Below, in pieces: positions 1 through 12,143 of a stretch of 64,000 bases of DNA. Position numbers and translations under genes: made by a program. The first letter of the stretch is position 1. Each line of letters begins with the position of its first letter. The notes under the pieces are model-generated. The model was not told where the DNA came from and did no database searches. It was given only the letters and a program-made list of their open reading frames with translations. The stretch spans positions 9,176,001 through 9,240,000 of the forward strand of contig CM102289.1 of the NCBI GenBank assembly GCA_046563655.1. The letters are read 5' to 3'. This stretch comes from Yuukianura sp. NJ FZ-2021. Taxonomy: Eukaryota.

Positions 1-2468
1 CACTCAAACTCAACCACGCTCCTACCTGTCTACGCTAACTTTAAAAAAATACCGCCAAACCAAAAACTGTTTAAGAACTTCAGCAATTTGCAAAAAAGTA
101 CAACATCTTACATTTTTTAACAAAATTGCTGCAAAGAATTTCTCTAACTTTAAAGTGTTTGTGTCTGTTTTAATCTAAAAAGTTTTACAATTTTGAAACC
201 GGTGTTGGTAATTTTTTGGTTTGAAAAGTCGTTGTTTGTATTTTTGAACCACAAAGTGAATATTTGTTGAAATTTTTAATGAAATACCTACAACCGTGTT
301 TCAAAATTGAAAATTTTTGTTGAATTGGCAATTCTGAAATGCAGAGATTTGTATAAATTTGAAGAGAAATGGTTTTGAGGACTAGTTGAATTAAGAACGT
401 GACAAATATGTCAAAAGTTGAACTTTGTAAAGTTGAAAGGCCTTTTGCACGCATAAAGTGGAAGAGCCACTTGAACAACAATAAAATTCACTTATTTGAA
501 TTCTCAAGGACACTCCACGGCTTTTGTCGATTTCCGCCATTCTGTTCTTCCTAATGAGGCTTAACGCCACAAAACCCGGGTTTTTTAAGCCAAAAGCAAA
601 ATTTTCCAGACTTTTACCAAAATGATGAACATCAATTTCTGAACTTTGTTAAGCTAAAAGCTACAAAACTTTTTGATGTTGGAGAAAACAGGTTAAGTTG
701 ATGAACAAACGGACGAGGAAAGAATTTGGCAGCAAAAATAGTAAGGTGAAGGTGGGATACTCTAATTAGCGAGAGATCTCGAGGGACGCAGACTCCATCA
801 TAAAGAACTTTTTTCTCGTTTTTTTAGTTTTTCGGTTTTTTTTTGGAAAACTATGCCTGGATGTACTTCGGCGTGTGACCCGAGGGATCATCCGGACTTT
901 TCAGTTCGTTGAAATTCATTTCGCACCCTCCGTCCAAAAAAAGGCACATGTCGAAAACTTTCTCTTGTCTATTCTTTGATTCTTTTCCAAAATCCTGAGA
1001 CTTCCAAGGTAGAAAGGCTTGCCAACTTTCTCCTCCCTTCAATTTGCTCACCAGAGTTGCTGTTTTTGAGGGTTTTCAAGTTTTTACCGGTTTGACTGTA
1101 CCGATTTCAAACCGGTACAAGTGAGAACACTCAGCGACTTTTGGAAACCTCCAAATTTTCAGCGAAAGTGAAAGCTTTTTCTACAAGAATGTCCAAATTC
1201 AAAGCTAAAGAGCATCAAAATGAAACTGATTCAAAGAATTGTTGAAATTTTATTTTGAAAAATTGAAAATTTGGAATGTCGTTTTGGTTATGCCAATCTC
1301 ACCAACTATGTTTTGTAGAAAGTAATCCTCCGATGGCATTCTTAGGAAAAGACAAGAAAAAAGTGTGGTTAGCTGGAGACTTTGTGGGTTGATTCCCCTG
1401 GCTCCCCAATGGACGTGGACGGAATTGATGGACGGATTCAACTACTCCGCCCCCTCCCTGTTGCCCCTTAATTAAGCAAACCCACGGCCCCACCATGTCC
1501 CACCAAGCCCCACCAACCGATGTTGACACTCTACACAAAGCACCGTTACAATAATCCTCCCTCCAATATACCTTGAGCTACACAAAAAGTTACAAATCGT
1601 CGAAACACATCTTTAATGCCACCCAAACTTCAATAATTTTTAAAACAAATTTTCAGTCAATTTGTAAAAAGTTTTCTGTAGGGTAACCGCTGCAAAAATT
1701 TAAAAATCACAGCAATCTAAATACAAAAGTGGATAAAAACATGAATACTATTTTGTTTGAGTTTAACCGATAGAACTCGTGCGACATCTCCTGCGTTGTT
1801 TCGGAAGCGTTACAAACATTTTTAATAAGTAAAATCCACAGTTCGTTAAAAGTTAAGATTTTATTGGGAGTTTGAATTTTGGCGGATTTTTACTTTTGAA
1901 CTTTACGGAAAGCAGATTCATGGTTGACCGTGAGGTCAAACGAGTCATGCGTCCATGTCACTTTATGTTTTACTGTCACTGTACCGGTGGACTTCCAACA
2001 TGTTTGTTTGTTTCTCAAAAATGCTGTTCGGATCAGGTACTTTGAAAACATCAACTCAAACTTGTTTTTCCAACAAAAAAGTTGAACTTGATCCACGATT
2101 TTTTATAGTCTTTTAGGCCTTGTAGTCCCCTTCCCCTTGTGTTTTTAAAAACCTAACGACCAAGGCTCATCTTCTTGCTCATCTTCAATCTTTACGCGTC
2201 CCAAAAAATTTTCATAACTTGACAACTTAAACTTGAAAACTTGAATTCCTGTTGATGAAGCTGGATTTTTTGGCTCTTTCTTCAATTCTCCACTCCCTCA
2301 AGCTTTTTGTGATTAAATTCAAGCAAAACGAGATTTTCAAGCGACAAGCTAAGAGACTTTCACAGTGTCCAACCGACTCTCTGTCAAAGTAGTGCTGATT
2401 TACAAGTTCCAAGTGCCAGTTTCTAAGTTCCTGTAAGGAAATTTCAAGGTCAGAGGTCAAAGGTCACC

Positions 2469-3880
2469 ATGAGACCTGCGTTGACCTTGAGTTTAGTACT
2501 TCTGTGCTTAGGGACATGCGTTAGTGGAGATGAAGGTGACTGGGACGGGGGTTTCTACGAGTGGATTTGGGGCCCAGAGGCTTCGGTAACCGTCGGAAGT
2601 CTAAATTCTTCTCGGGAATCTTCGGAAGAAGAAGATCAGCAAGGCACGTCGCTCCTGCAGCAGCTTTTTAAGCTAGTCAAACCTGAAATCCAATCAGAAA
2701 TTGTCATCAACGCTAAACCTCTGTGGGAAAAAGATTCTGACAAATTTCCAGCTCTGGGATTGGATGTATGGCGAAGTCCAGAAAAATTCGAGTTTTTCGA
2801 AAACCTTGAAATTTTGAAACTTTTTCATTTTTTGGTTTAGGGCGTTTTGATCAAGTCGGAACCTGTCCATGCCTGTACCAGAGTCGAACCACATCCAGAA
2901 TATCCCACAACAATTGAAGAAGTCATAGAAGAAATTGATCTGAACACAACGCATGTCGGAAGGACAAAGTGGATTCTGATTGCAAAAGAAGGAAAATGTA
3001 CAATTGAACAAAAATTGGGAAACGCTGAAAAAGCGGGATACGCTGCAATTTTGATTTTGTCGACCGATCCAACTTCTGACGAAGATTTGACCAATATCAA
3101 GGAATTAAAAATTTTTGGAGCCAAAATTGCTATTAACGATGGTCTTACCCTAATTGAAAACTATGCTTATCCAGAACCGTAAGGAGACTTTTGGAAAATT
3201 TTGACAACTTTTTACAAAAATTTACAAAAATTTTGAAAAAGTAAAAAAAATTTGTTTACTGAAGCGCCGCGGCAAAACTCGAAGACCTTCGAAACTTGCA
3301 ATGGACGCATTCAATTTACAAGATTATTGGAATGGTCATCGCCGCAATTCTGTTACTGCTGTCGTTGTATGGAATATTCTGGAAAGTAAATATTTCAAAA
3401 TTTTGAAAATTTTCAATTTTGTCTAAAATTTTGTAACTTTTAGTTGTATAAACTGAGGAGACGATGGAAAGAGGAAAAGGCTGCCCGAGAATTGCAGGAA
3501 ACTCTGCGCAGGGCAATTGAAACAATGCCACTCACAATATGGGAGTTGAATCAAATGACGAAAGACGAAAAGTGCCACATTTGCTATGGCCTCTTTTACC
3601 CGAACGATGTTGTGCGTACTCTACCTTGCTACCACAGTAAGAATTTTGCACAAATTATAAATTCAATCAACATTTTTCAGTCAAAACTCGTTTTTTCAAA
3701 ATTTTATCGTTTTCAAAAAATTAAGCACCAATTATGTATCTTTTTTCGTTGATTAATACAGGATTCCATCAGAGATGTATCGTCACAAGATTTGAAAATT
3801 TAAACACCGAATGTGCTGTATGTCACTACCAAATTATCACACCGGAGAAGAAATCTACCGAATCCACACCATTGTTGTAA
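2469..3880 (+). CDS. PA-TM-RING-H2 E3 ubiquitin ligase, RNF13/RNF167-like, paralog 1 (~355 aa, 5 exons)
   Basis: Exons 2469-2765, 2841-3178, 3265-3385, 3444-3636, 3762-3880 join in frame via GT-AG. Signal peptide MRPALTLSLVLLCLG; PA domain (GVLIKSEPVHAC...GKCTIEQKLGNAEKAGYAAILI); TM IIGMVIAAILLLLSLYGIFW; RING-H2 CHIC...LPCYHRFHQRC...CAVC; C-terminal ESTPLL dileucine-type motif. Confidence 0.85.
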
Positions 3881-4840
3881 AAATTTTGAAAAAACGAACA
3901 ACAATTTTTTAAAATGTCACTTTTTTGGAATTGAAATACCGCTTTGGAATTCTGTAAAAAAAATGCAGAAACAGGCCTGGTGGTATCATTTGTTCTATTT
4001 AAAAAGCTGTTGACTAGCCATTTGTTTTTATGTTCAACTTTTCAGTGAAGTTGTGTACTTTAGTTGTAAAATTAACTTTTTGCAAAATATTACAAAAATT
4101 TCAAAGATTTGTGCTCAATTCTTGTCTACAATTAAAAGTGTAAAATATCACCTTCAAAGAGCATCTTCTAAAAGTTTGATTTAGCGGAAACCGGTTTGCT
4201 ATGTTAAAATACATTGTTTTAAGAGGTCAATGAACTCAATTAAACTTCAATTTTCATCCAAATCTTCTACGTATAGCATTAACCTGCACCACCGTTGCCT
4301 TTTAGTTAAAAAAGAACAAAGTTAAGAAAGGTTTTGCAACAAAAAAAAATGTAAAAAAGGCGTTACTTTCAAAATTATATTTAAAACTTTTTAATTTCTG
4401 GTAGTAATCGACGTGACAACCTTAAGAAGGGCTTTTGACTTAAAAGCAAAAGATGTTAAATTCTTGAATGGAGTTATTGTTGGTCAAATATTGGAAAATT
4501 TGAAAATTCTTGAGCATAAACGGTTTTTACCTATTGTATTGTTTCACTTATGTGCGTAAAATTGCGTGCAGAATTTAAGACCAAAAAGTAAAAAAATTGA
4601 CAAAAACTGGCCAAGCCTTAACGTACGAAACAATTGGAAAGAGTCATACATTTCTGCAGAACGAAGAAACATTTTTTTTTCCTTAAAAACCAGTCTCAAA
4701 ATCAAGATTCCGATATTACATATTCAATTTTTAAGGAAGATTGAACGTTGAACCCGCAGTCTAGTCACGAATCGGAACAAAATCCGCCACACTTTACACA
4801 AAAACAAAAGTTCAAAATAATTTATATACTTTCGAGCATC

Positions 4841-6868
4841 ATGTACAAATTCAACAGTATTTCTTTAGTAGTTTTCATAATAGTTTTAATACAACTCCTG
4901 CCACACTTCAGCACCTCACCAACACCATCAGAATCAGAATCATCAGAATCTCCAGCATCAGGATCATCAGCACCACCAGCATCAGCATCAGCATCCCCAA
5001 TAAGTGCTGTCAATTCCATCAGTACTGCCGCTGGCGTTGGTCCAGTCGGCACAAGTTTCTGGGGGTGGATGCGTATCATTAAAACTTGGCTCGTCGGACC
5101 AGACGGTACAATCGCTGTACAGCGAGGTCAACAAGGTCAAAAGTCAAGCTTTTTCTCATTTTTCGGGTCAAGCGGCAATGGATTCTTCAAGGTCAACATG
5201 GAACCCCAGTGGAGCGTCTTTTCACTTTTGTTTCCTTCGGGTGGAATGCAAGTAAGTTAAACTTTCTTCTGGATTTTCAGAAAAGTCTGAAATTTCGAAA
5301 ATTTTGCAATTTGAAATGAATTTTGATTTTTTTTTGACAGGGCATCCTTGTCAAAGCAAATCCGGCGGACGCTTGTTTCAATTTAAAAGGTCCGCCAAAA
5401 CACTCTTGGGCGGAACGGATTGTGGACGTGGCGACATCCAATGTCACCGCGACCGCGCTTTTTCAAAATTGGTTTCTAGTGGCAGAAGATGGCTACTGCG
5501 ACTATAACACTAAAATTCAAAATGCCAATTCGGTCGGTTATACAATTTTGATCATTCGGCAAAGTTCGGCCTCGTTCGACGAAGACGGAAATCCTGCTAA
5601 CAGTACAATTATCGACACCAGCAATTCGTCAGTTACAATTTACACTTGTACTGTACCGGATAGAGATGGATATCATCTGGGACAGTACAGCTACCCAGCC
5701 GAGTACATACACAACATACAGTCAAAATTTTGAAAAAATGGAAAAAAGATAACTTTTTTGAAAAAAATTCAATTGTTTCAGTTTCTCTGCAGTCGTAACA
5801 GATCTCAGGCCAGGACAGTGGAAAAAGGCTTTCCTGAAGCTGCTTTGCATTTTTTTCGGAATTTCGATTGTAGGTGCTGCAGCAGGAATTTTGGTTAACG
5901 AGGTATAAACATATTTTTTAGAAAAACTAAAATTTTGAAATTTTTTGAAAATTTTTGTTGAAATTTTTACAGATTGTGAAAAAAATTAAGGAGAAGAGGG
6001 AAGCCAAAGAAATAGAAGCCCTTGAGAAGCTGGAAGAAGCGCGAGAGCGAATCGCCGAGAGTCTTCCGACTGAAAAATGGCGCCCAGATCCAGAAAACAT
6101 GCGCCAGAGGTGCCAATGGTGTCACAGGAGATTCGACCATGACGATGAAGTGACAGCTCTTGCATGCTCACACAGTATAACATAACATAATATAAAAATT
6201 AATATAATATAATATATTTTATACTTATAATACGAAATTAATAGTGTTCCACACGGAATGTCTGGTTCCACGAATCCTCAGAGGTCACGGATACTGCCCG
6301 ATTTGCCAAGAGGCAATCCACTCTCCGCCGACTCCCGAATCAGCGTCAGTTCCAGCATCATCGCAGCGTTCTGACATGGAAAGGTCAACGAGGTCAACCG
6401 AGTCCACTCCTTTGCTGTCTGTCAAGGAGAAAGCCAAGGTCACAGAAGAGCAAACCAAGGTCAAGAAGTACCATTGTCACATTTGCGAAATCCTTGGACT
6501 TCCGCTGAAGGACGAGCTGGAATTGGTGGACGAGTTGGCCGAGCAAGTTGGAACGTTGAAGTCACAGCACTACGAGTTTCGAATTCCATCTAGACATGCC
6601 AGTTTGCTTAGTGTCGGGGATTCATCAGTAAGTAATTGACTCTTCAATTAATAAACAACATTCGCTAAACGTTAAAAAACGTATTAAAAACGTTTTTGTG
6701 ACTCGTTTTCTACAGGGTTCGGCATCTCTGGCTGACGATGACGAAGCAGCGGATGCCGAAGTTAGACAAATCATATCCAATTCTGAGGCTGACCTGCTTG
6801 GAAGGTTACATGACGTTATGGAAAAAGAGGAAGAAGAATTCGAATCTCCGAGTCTACTCGAAAGTTAA
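4841..6868 (+). CDS. PA-TM-RING-H2 E3 ubiquitin ligase, RNF13/RNF167-like, paralog 2 (~543 aa, 6 exons)
   Basis: Exons 4841-5251, 5341-5702, 5782-5902, 5973-6174, 6245-6627, 6716-6868 in frame. Signal peptide, Ser-rich linker, PA domain (GILVKANPADAC...GYCDYNTKIQNANSVGYTILII), 121-nt TM exon as in paralog 1, RING-H2 CQWC...ACSHMFHTEC...CPIC, STESTPLL motif, acidic tail; AATAAA near 6914. Confidence 0.85.
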
Positions 6869-6986
6869 TCATTAATTAATTAATTAATTAATTACTTTTG
6901 TAGTAAAGTAACTAATAAAATTTAGATTCGCCGTATAAATCTGTAACTTCTGAAGTGAGTATTGTTCAATGACTTGCGATCCAAGG

Positions 6987-7253
6987 TCATCTGGATGTCC
7001 AATACTGCGCAGTGAGTTGTGATCGAAGGTCATCTAGGCGTGATCTCATCGATGAAAAGTACGGATGCGCATAGCGTACACTCCTGGACCGACTTTTGGC
7101 GATTCGTGCGCAGAGAGGAGATGGGACGAGAGGCACAGGAGAGAGGAACACTTGAGAGACGGGATTTTTTAGGGTAAGAGAATCTGCACTTGTGCTCATG
7201 CCAAGTAGAGTGTGCGGGTTCTCCTCCTTTGGATCTGGATGGAAATAGTCCAT
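6987..7253 (-). CDS. possible small orphan ORF (88 aa from ATG at 7253)
   Basis: Uninterrupted ORF with coding-like GC content in AT-rich flanks, divergent from the zinc-finger gene; no recognisable domain. Confidence 0.3.
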   Translation of the reverse strand: MDYFHPDPKEENPHTLLGMSTSADSLTLKNPVSQVFLSPVPLVPSPLCARIAKSRSRSVRYAHPYFSSMRSRLDDLRSQLTAQYWTSR

Positions 7254-7817
7254 GTCATCAGTCAACTTTAATCATCAATTAAAACCAAGGTAAGTCCAGT
7301 TAACATAGTTTTATAACATATTCCAACAGTGGAGTAACGAAATTCAGACGAAAACGGTCGCTAACGGCCACTAAACGTTCGGTTTCTGTTTCCAGTCGCC
7401 ATGATGGGCGTGACCACATAAGGACAAGTGATGGCTTATTTTATCCACGTCATGGTTAACTGGATCTCAAGTAATTCATAACAACGACGTCGATTTAACG
7501 TTCCCTCACTCGCTTCGTCGCTTCACATTCACCAAATCGAGCGGATTTGAAAGTTAACATCAAACGAGGAGATCGATCCGACTTTCTCCGACTTTTGGAA
7601 GACCCTGCTCAAAATCACAAAGTCAATTCAATTTGTGTCTAGTCGACAGACAAACGATCCACGACAGTTCAGCTATAGTAAATAGAACTGTCCGTCTCTC
7701 CATTTGGTACTTACACTCGTCATATATTAGGATACTGAGCTCCAGGTACAATCTACGAATACAATGTCACTAACGACACACTAACACTGCTTAATTTATT
7801 GCAGATTATAACCGAGA

Positions 7818-10766
7818 ATGCAGGGAAAGGCCATAATCGTTACTATGAACAATCCAGTTGTATCTTCTCCGGATAGATTGGCTGTCAAGATGAACGGTTC
7901 CAACAGTACAAGCATTAGTCCGTCGACTAAGTCGCCGTTAGCAGTGTATCCGCCAGCACGGAAACCTGCTGGTTCGAGCCAGAACGAAGTTATCACATGT
8001 TCCCCAACGTTACCGGGTATGATTCCTAGCAACGCAAAAAGACGCAGAACTTCTGCCGAATATGAATTGACAACAGAGCAAATCAAGACTGAAATATTTG
8101 CTTACGGAAAGAAACCAGAAATTAAGCTCACCTTATTCTCAGAAATGTACTCGTGCTCAAACTGCTGCGAACTGTAAGTTGAATCTAATCTGTGACTAAT
8201 CTGAGATTAACCATAACCTAATTTAAACTTTAGGTTTTACACTGAAATGGGATTACGGGATCACCAGCAACGTGAAATCTTCAGTGTCACTTTAGACTGC
8301 CCTCATTGTTCACTAAGGAAATCTTATGCCAATCGATGTCAACTACTCAATCACCTTAAGTCTCACGGTGTCACGCCTACAGTCGAAAGCCTAAAAGGTG
8401 TCGTCAGCTTTGCACCGATTCCAGAAGGCAAAGACTTTCACGATTACTCCATCATAATCCCAACGAGACATCCTGGCTATGTCCCGACTGCTCCTACTAC
8501 TATCATACCTAGTCAACTTGACGTTACGAAGACCGAGCTTCAGAAAACCGGGATAATTCTACGCGGAGAACGTCAGTACAAAATCATTCCTGTCAGTAAC
8601 GTCCAAAAAGCGTTGAACATGGCCGCCGCAAGTACAACTTCTTCATCAAACAACGATCCAACCGGAGTAATAACGATTTCGGATCGTCAGCTGACTCCGA
8701 AGTATGCCAAGGACTTTTTCTGTGCCGCCTGTGGCTCCAACTTTACCAACGGCACAGAATTTGTTGAGCACATCAAATTATCCAATATGAGCAGCTCTGA
8801 ACTTACGATTTGTGGATCCGATGGAGTACCAACCAGATCCCAATGTGAAAGGCACCTACACACTCGCATATTCCATGACAAAGAGGGGCCCTTCGTCTGT
8901 CCAGAATGTGGACATCAATGTCAAGACTACGAAGAGCTAAGGGCCCATGACGACAAAGTGTGCTTCCACCTCTCTAGATCGCTCATCTACACATGTATTT
9001 TCAACAATGGGAAGAATTCTGCTAAAGACGGTGGTCCACAGAAGAATACTTGCGGAAATGCTGGCAAGTTTGTCAATACAAATCAGTTAGTCAAACACCT
9101 TGAACAGCACTGGAGAGACATCCACAAGTGTAACTCCTGTCCACAGGCGCTGTTGAGCTTAGAGTTACTGGAGAAACATGTCGAAGCGATTCACAAAGAC
9201 GATGAAGTCAAGATGGAGCAGAAAGGACTCAACTTCGTGCAATGTTTGGTCTGCAACGTTATATTTTTCACTCGGGCGCTGTTTCAAGAACATTTTTTGT
9301 CCAAACTGAAGGATCACAGTCAAACAACCTTGGGCTTCCACTGCAAAAAGTGTCGCTACTCTTCCGAAAATTCCAGACAATTTGCCAGTCACAATTGCAA
9401 TCCTATCCAAAATGACACAAACCGAACGTCGCTACTGAAATCCGTGACCTCTGGAGGTCACTCTGCCAGCTCGACAGGTCATCGCTGCGTATATTGCAAG
9501 AAGTCTTATCCAACCGTTCGAACTTTGAAGCGCCACCAACCAACATGTGATCTCAAATCAATCGTTGTACAAAGGAAACCCGCCGTATGTAAAATCTGTT
9601 CCAAGACGCTCCAAGGTTCTAAAAGTTTTCTGGCCCATGGGATGACTCACCTTAACGCTGGAATGAACATTTGCTTGTTCTGTAACAACAAGAAACTGGA
9701 CGACTCCGATGACCTTGACACCCATTTGATGGCCCATGTCAAGGCCATTAAAGTTTTTCCGCACGAATGTCGCTTTTGTAACCTCAGTGTTGAAGATCGA
9801 GACGACGCCCATGAGCATTTTGCTGCCCATCATGAAAAAAAGGGAAACTGCTTCAAATGTGCTACTTGTGGCGACCATTTCGACTCTGTTCCAGAACTAA
9901 CTGTGCATAAAACGACTGCCCATGCTGCTTCAGCATCAGTTGCTCCGCCAGTACTAAACAATGGATCTTCCAGTACTAAAACTCGGGTCATTCGTCCAGC
10001 ATTTAGCTACTCATATCAATGCAAATACTGTCCCGATAGAAAGTTCCAGACACGCCCAGGACTCCGGAAGCATCTTAGAAATCACCATACAGAGATCGAT
10101 TTCACTTCGGTAGATTGGAACGAAATGAGAAGAATCACCCGCACAAGTTCAAATTCAGCGTCGGTTGGATCTCATACTTCGTCGTCATCGTCACCAAGAC
10201 GACACAGTTTGAGAGACAGAAGTGCTGCTAATAGAACAGCACCGCCCAGTATCATTGGAACACACTTACATTCTAACAGCATGGAAGACTCAGATGACGA
10301 CAATCCCGGAAGACATCGAAGTGCTCGCAGCGATGGCGGGAAGTTCCAGTGTCTCAAGTGTCCAAATGAAGACGACGTTGACAAAACGTTTGATTCCGAA
10401 TCAGCGTTTTTTGAACATGTGAGAGAAGTTCATGTTTGGGAAGAAGCGAATCTGGAACAAAGCGATGATGGCAGCGATTCTGTGAAACCCAGAGATCAGT
10501 GTTTCTGGTGTCCGGAATGTGGACTGGAATTTGTGGCCAAACCGTCGTTTAGAATGCATCTCCAATTTGCACATTCGTTTATCAAAAACGTTACGGAGTA
10601 CTTGGACAACGTTGGTTACGGAAAAGAAAAACCGCTGAAACAGAATCAGTGCTCAGTATGTCGTCGCCAGTGTCCAGATTCAGCTGAGTACGAAAGTCAC
10701 ATCAGGACGCACGGAATGGCGTTTCTGCGACAGCGAAGTCAGCGTCCTTCCTCTGTTTCTGTTTAA
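7818..10766 (+). CDS. multi-C2H2 zinc finger protein, ZNF532/ZNF592/ZNF687 family
   Basis: Two coding exons (7818-8173 and ~8234-10766) giving YSCSNCCELFYTEMGLRDHQQR...CPHC...YANRCQLLNHLKSH; many CxxC...H...H fingers; family-type motifs FVCPECG, KVCFHLSR and C-terminal HIRTHGMAFLR. Confidence 0.85.
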
Positions 10767-12143
10767 AGTTAAACTTAACGTTAAAAAGTTAGTTAAAGTG
10801 AAAGTTAAGAAGTTAAGCTTAAAGTTAAGAAGTTAAACCTAAATGTTCAAATTGAAATTTTTATGGGCGCAAGTTAGTCTTCTTACATCGTTTATAACCT
10901 TTACTTTTTATTTTTAAAGTTATAATTATGAAAAGGGTATGTAAGTTTTATAATCTAGGCATTTTTGAAAATTTTTGACATTTTTGAAAGTTTTTTTTTC
11001 TTTTCAAAATTTTTGCTCATTCAATTAACTTGATTTTTTTGTTTGGTACTTAAAATGGTAGAGAAAGTTAAGAAATTATTTGTGTTTTTACTAAAATTCA
11101 GTTCCATACTTGTAAAAACTCTTTAAAATTTAAAATTTACTTCTGAGGACTTGAAATTTCAAAAAAATTTCACAACTTAAACTTTGAAAATGGATTTATA
11201 TTTTATTAGATTGGTCCAACTTATTTAATCTTTTACTTTTTATTTTCATCGTGATTTATTTTGTGTAATAATTAAACTGTTACACGTTTTACAGTTGAGA
11301 ATCAACACGAGCGTTAAAATTTTTCATTTTCTTTGAAATTTTTGTTCTCGGGTGACTGAATTTTGAAAATGTAATGAACCGAAACCTAATTATTTTTTCA
11401 TGGTTTTAGGTTTCAGCGGATGTGAACTTTAGAAGAGCGGAAACGGAGCCTTGTACCTGTAAGAATTGTTACATTGAAAATTGGAATTTGAATGTAGAAA
11501 CTTCCCATGAGAGCTTTAGGCCACCACAAGGCGTCATTTTTCTTCAAGGTAAAAAGATCTGTTAGTTTCAGTTTCAGTTCTTCTTCCCTTCTTCAACCGT
11601 TAACATCTTCACAAATTGTAAACAATAGAAAGCACATCATGCAGTAGGTGAAGGAAATCAAAATTAAACTTAACGGAAACTGCAAAACTGAAAAAGTTTT
11701 AAACTTTAGCAACATTGAAAAATAAAGTTGAAGAAAACAAAGTGGCTTGAAGCTGTGACTTTTGAATTTTTGGGACAAAATTTTTTTTCCATGTTTTGCA
11801 ACGAAAAACATCGCATTTCATATTTTGCGGATTGCAAGTTTTTTAAATTTTAAATTTTTTGGTCCCAGCTCATAAGAGTGCAGTGTCAATATATTTGAAA
11901 GTAAAAGTTCTCTGACCCCTGGCAGAAATTTGCAAAGTTGTAAAATCTTGTGTGTGCTTCTGAAGTTGAAGAATCAAGATCTTGTGCTGGCAGTTGAGTT
12001 GATCAAAATTCGTGTGTTTAGGAGATTGGAACATCTTTTGACAAGATCTTCCCGTGAGAAAAAGTCAATCAAGTTGATTCCCATTACAACTTCATGTTCT
12101 TGTTCAATTGTTAAAACACAAACAGGAAATTGGAACTAAAAAG

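Noticed and set aside
1..1540. Possible 5' exons of a minus-strand gene (MAEIDKSRGVSLRIQI at 540-492; ORF 851-1051; acceptor-like site near 25)
   Set aside because: No recognisable protein and no exon chain I can verify inside the window.
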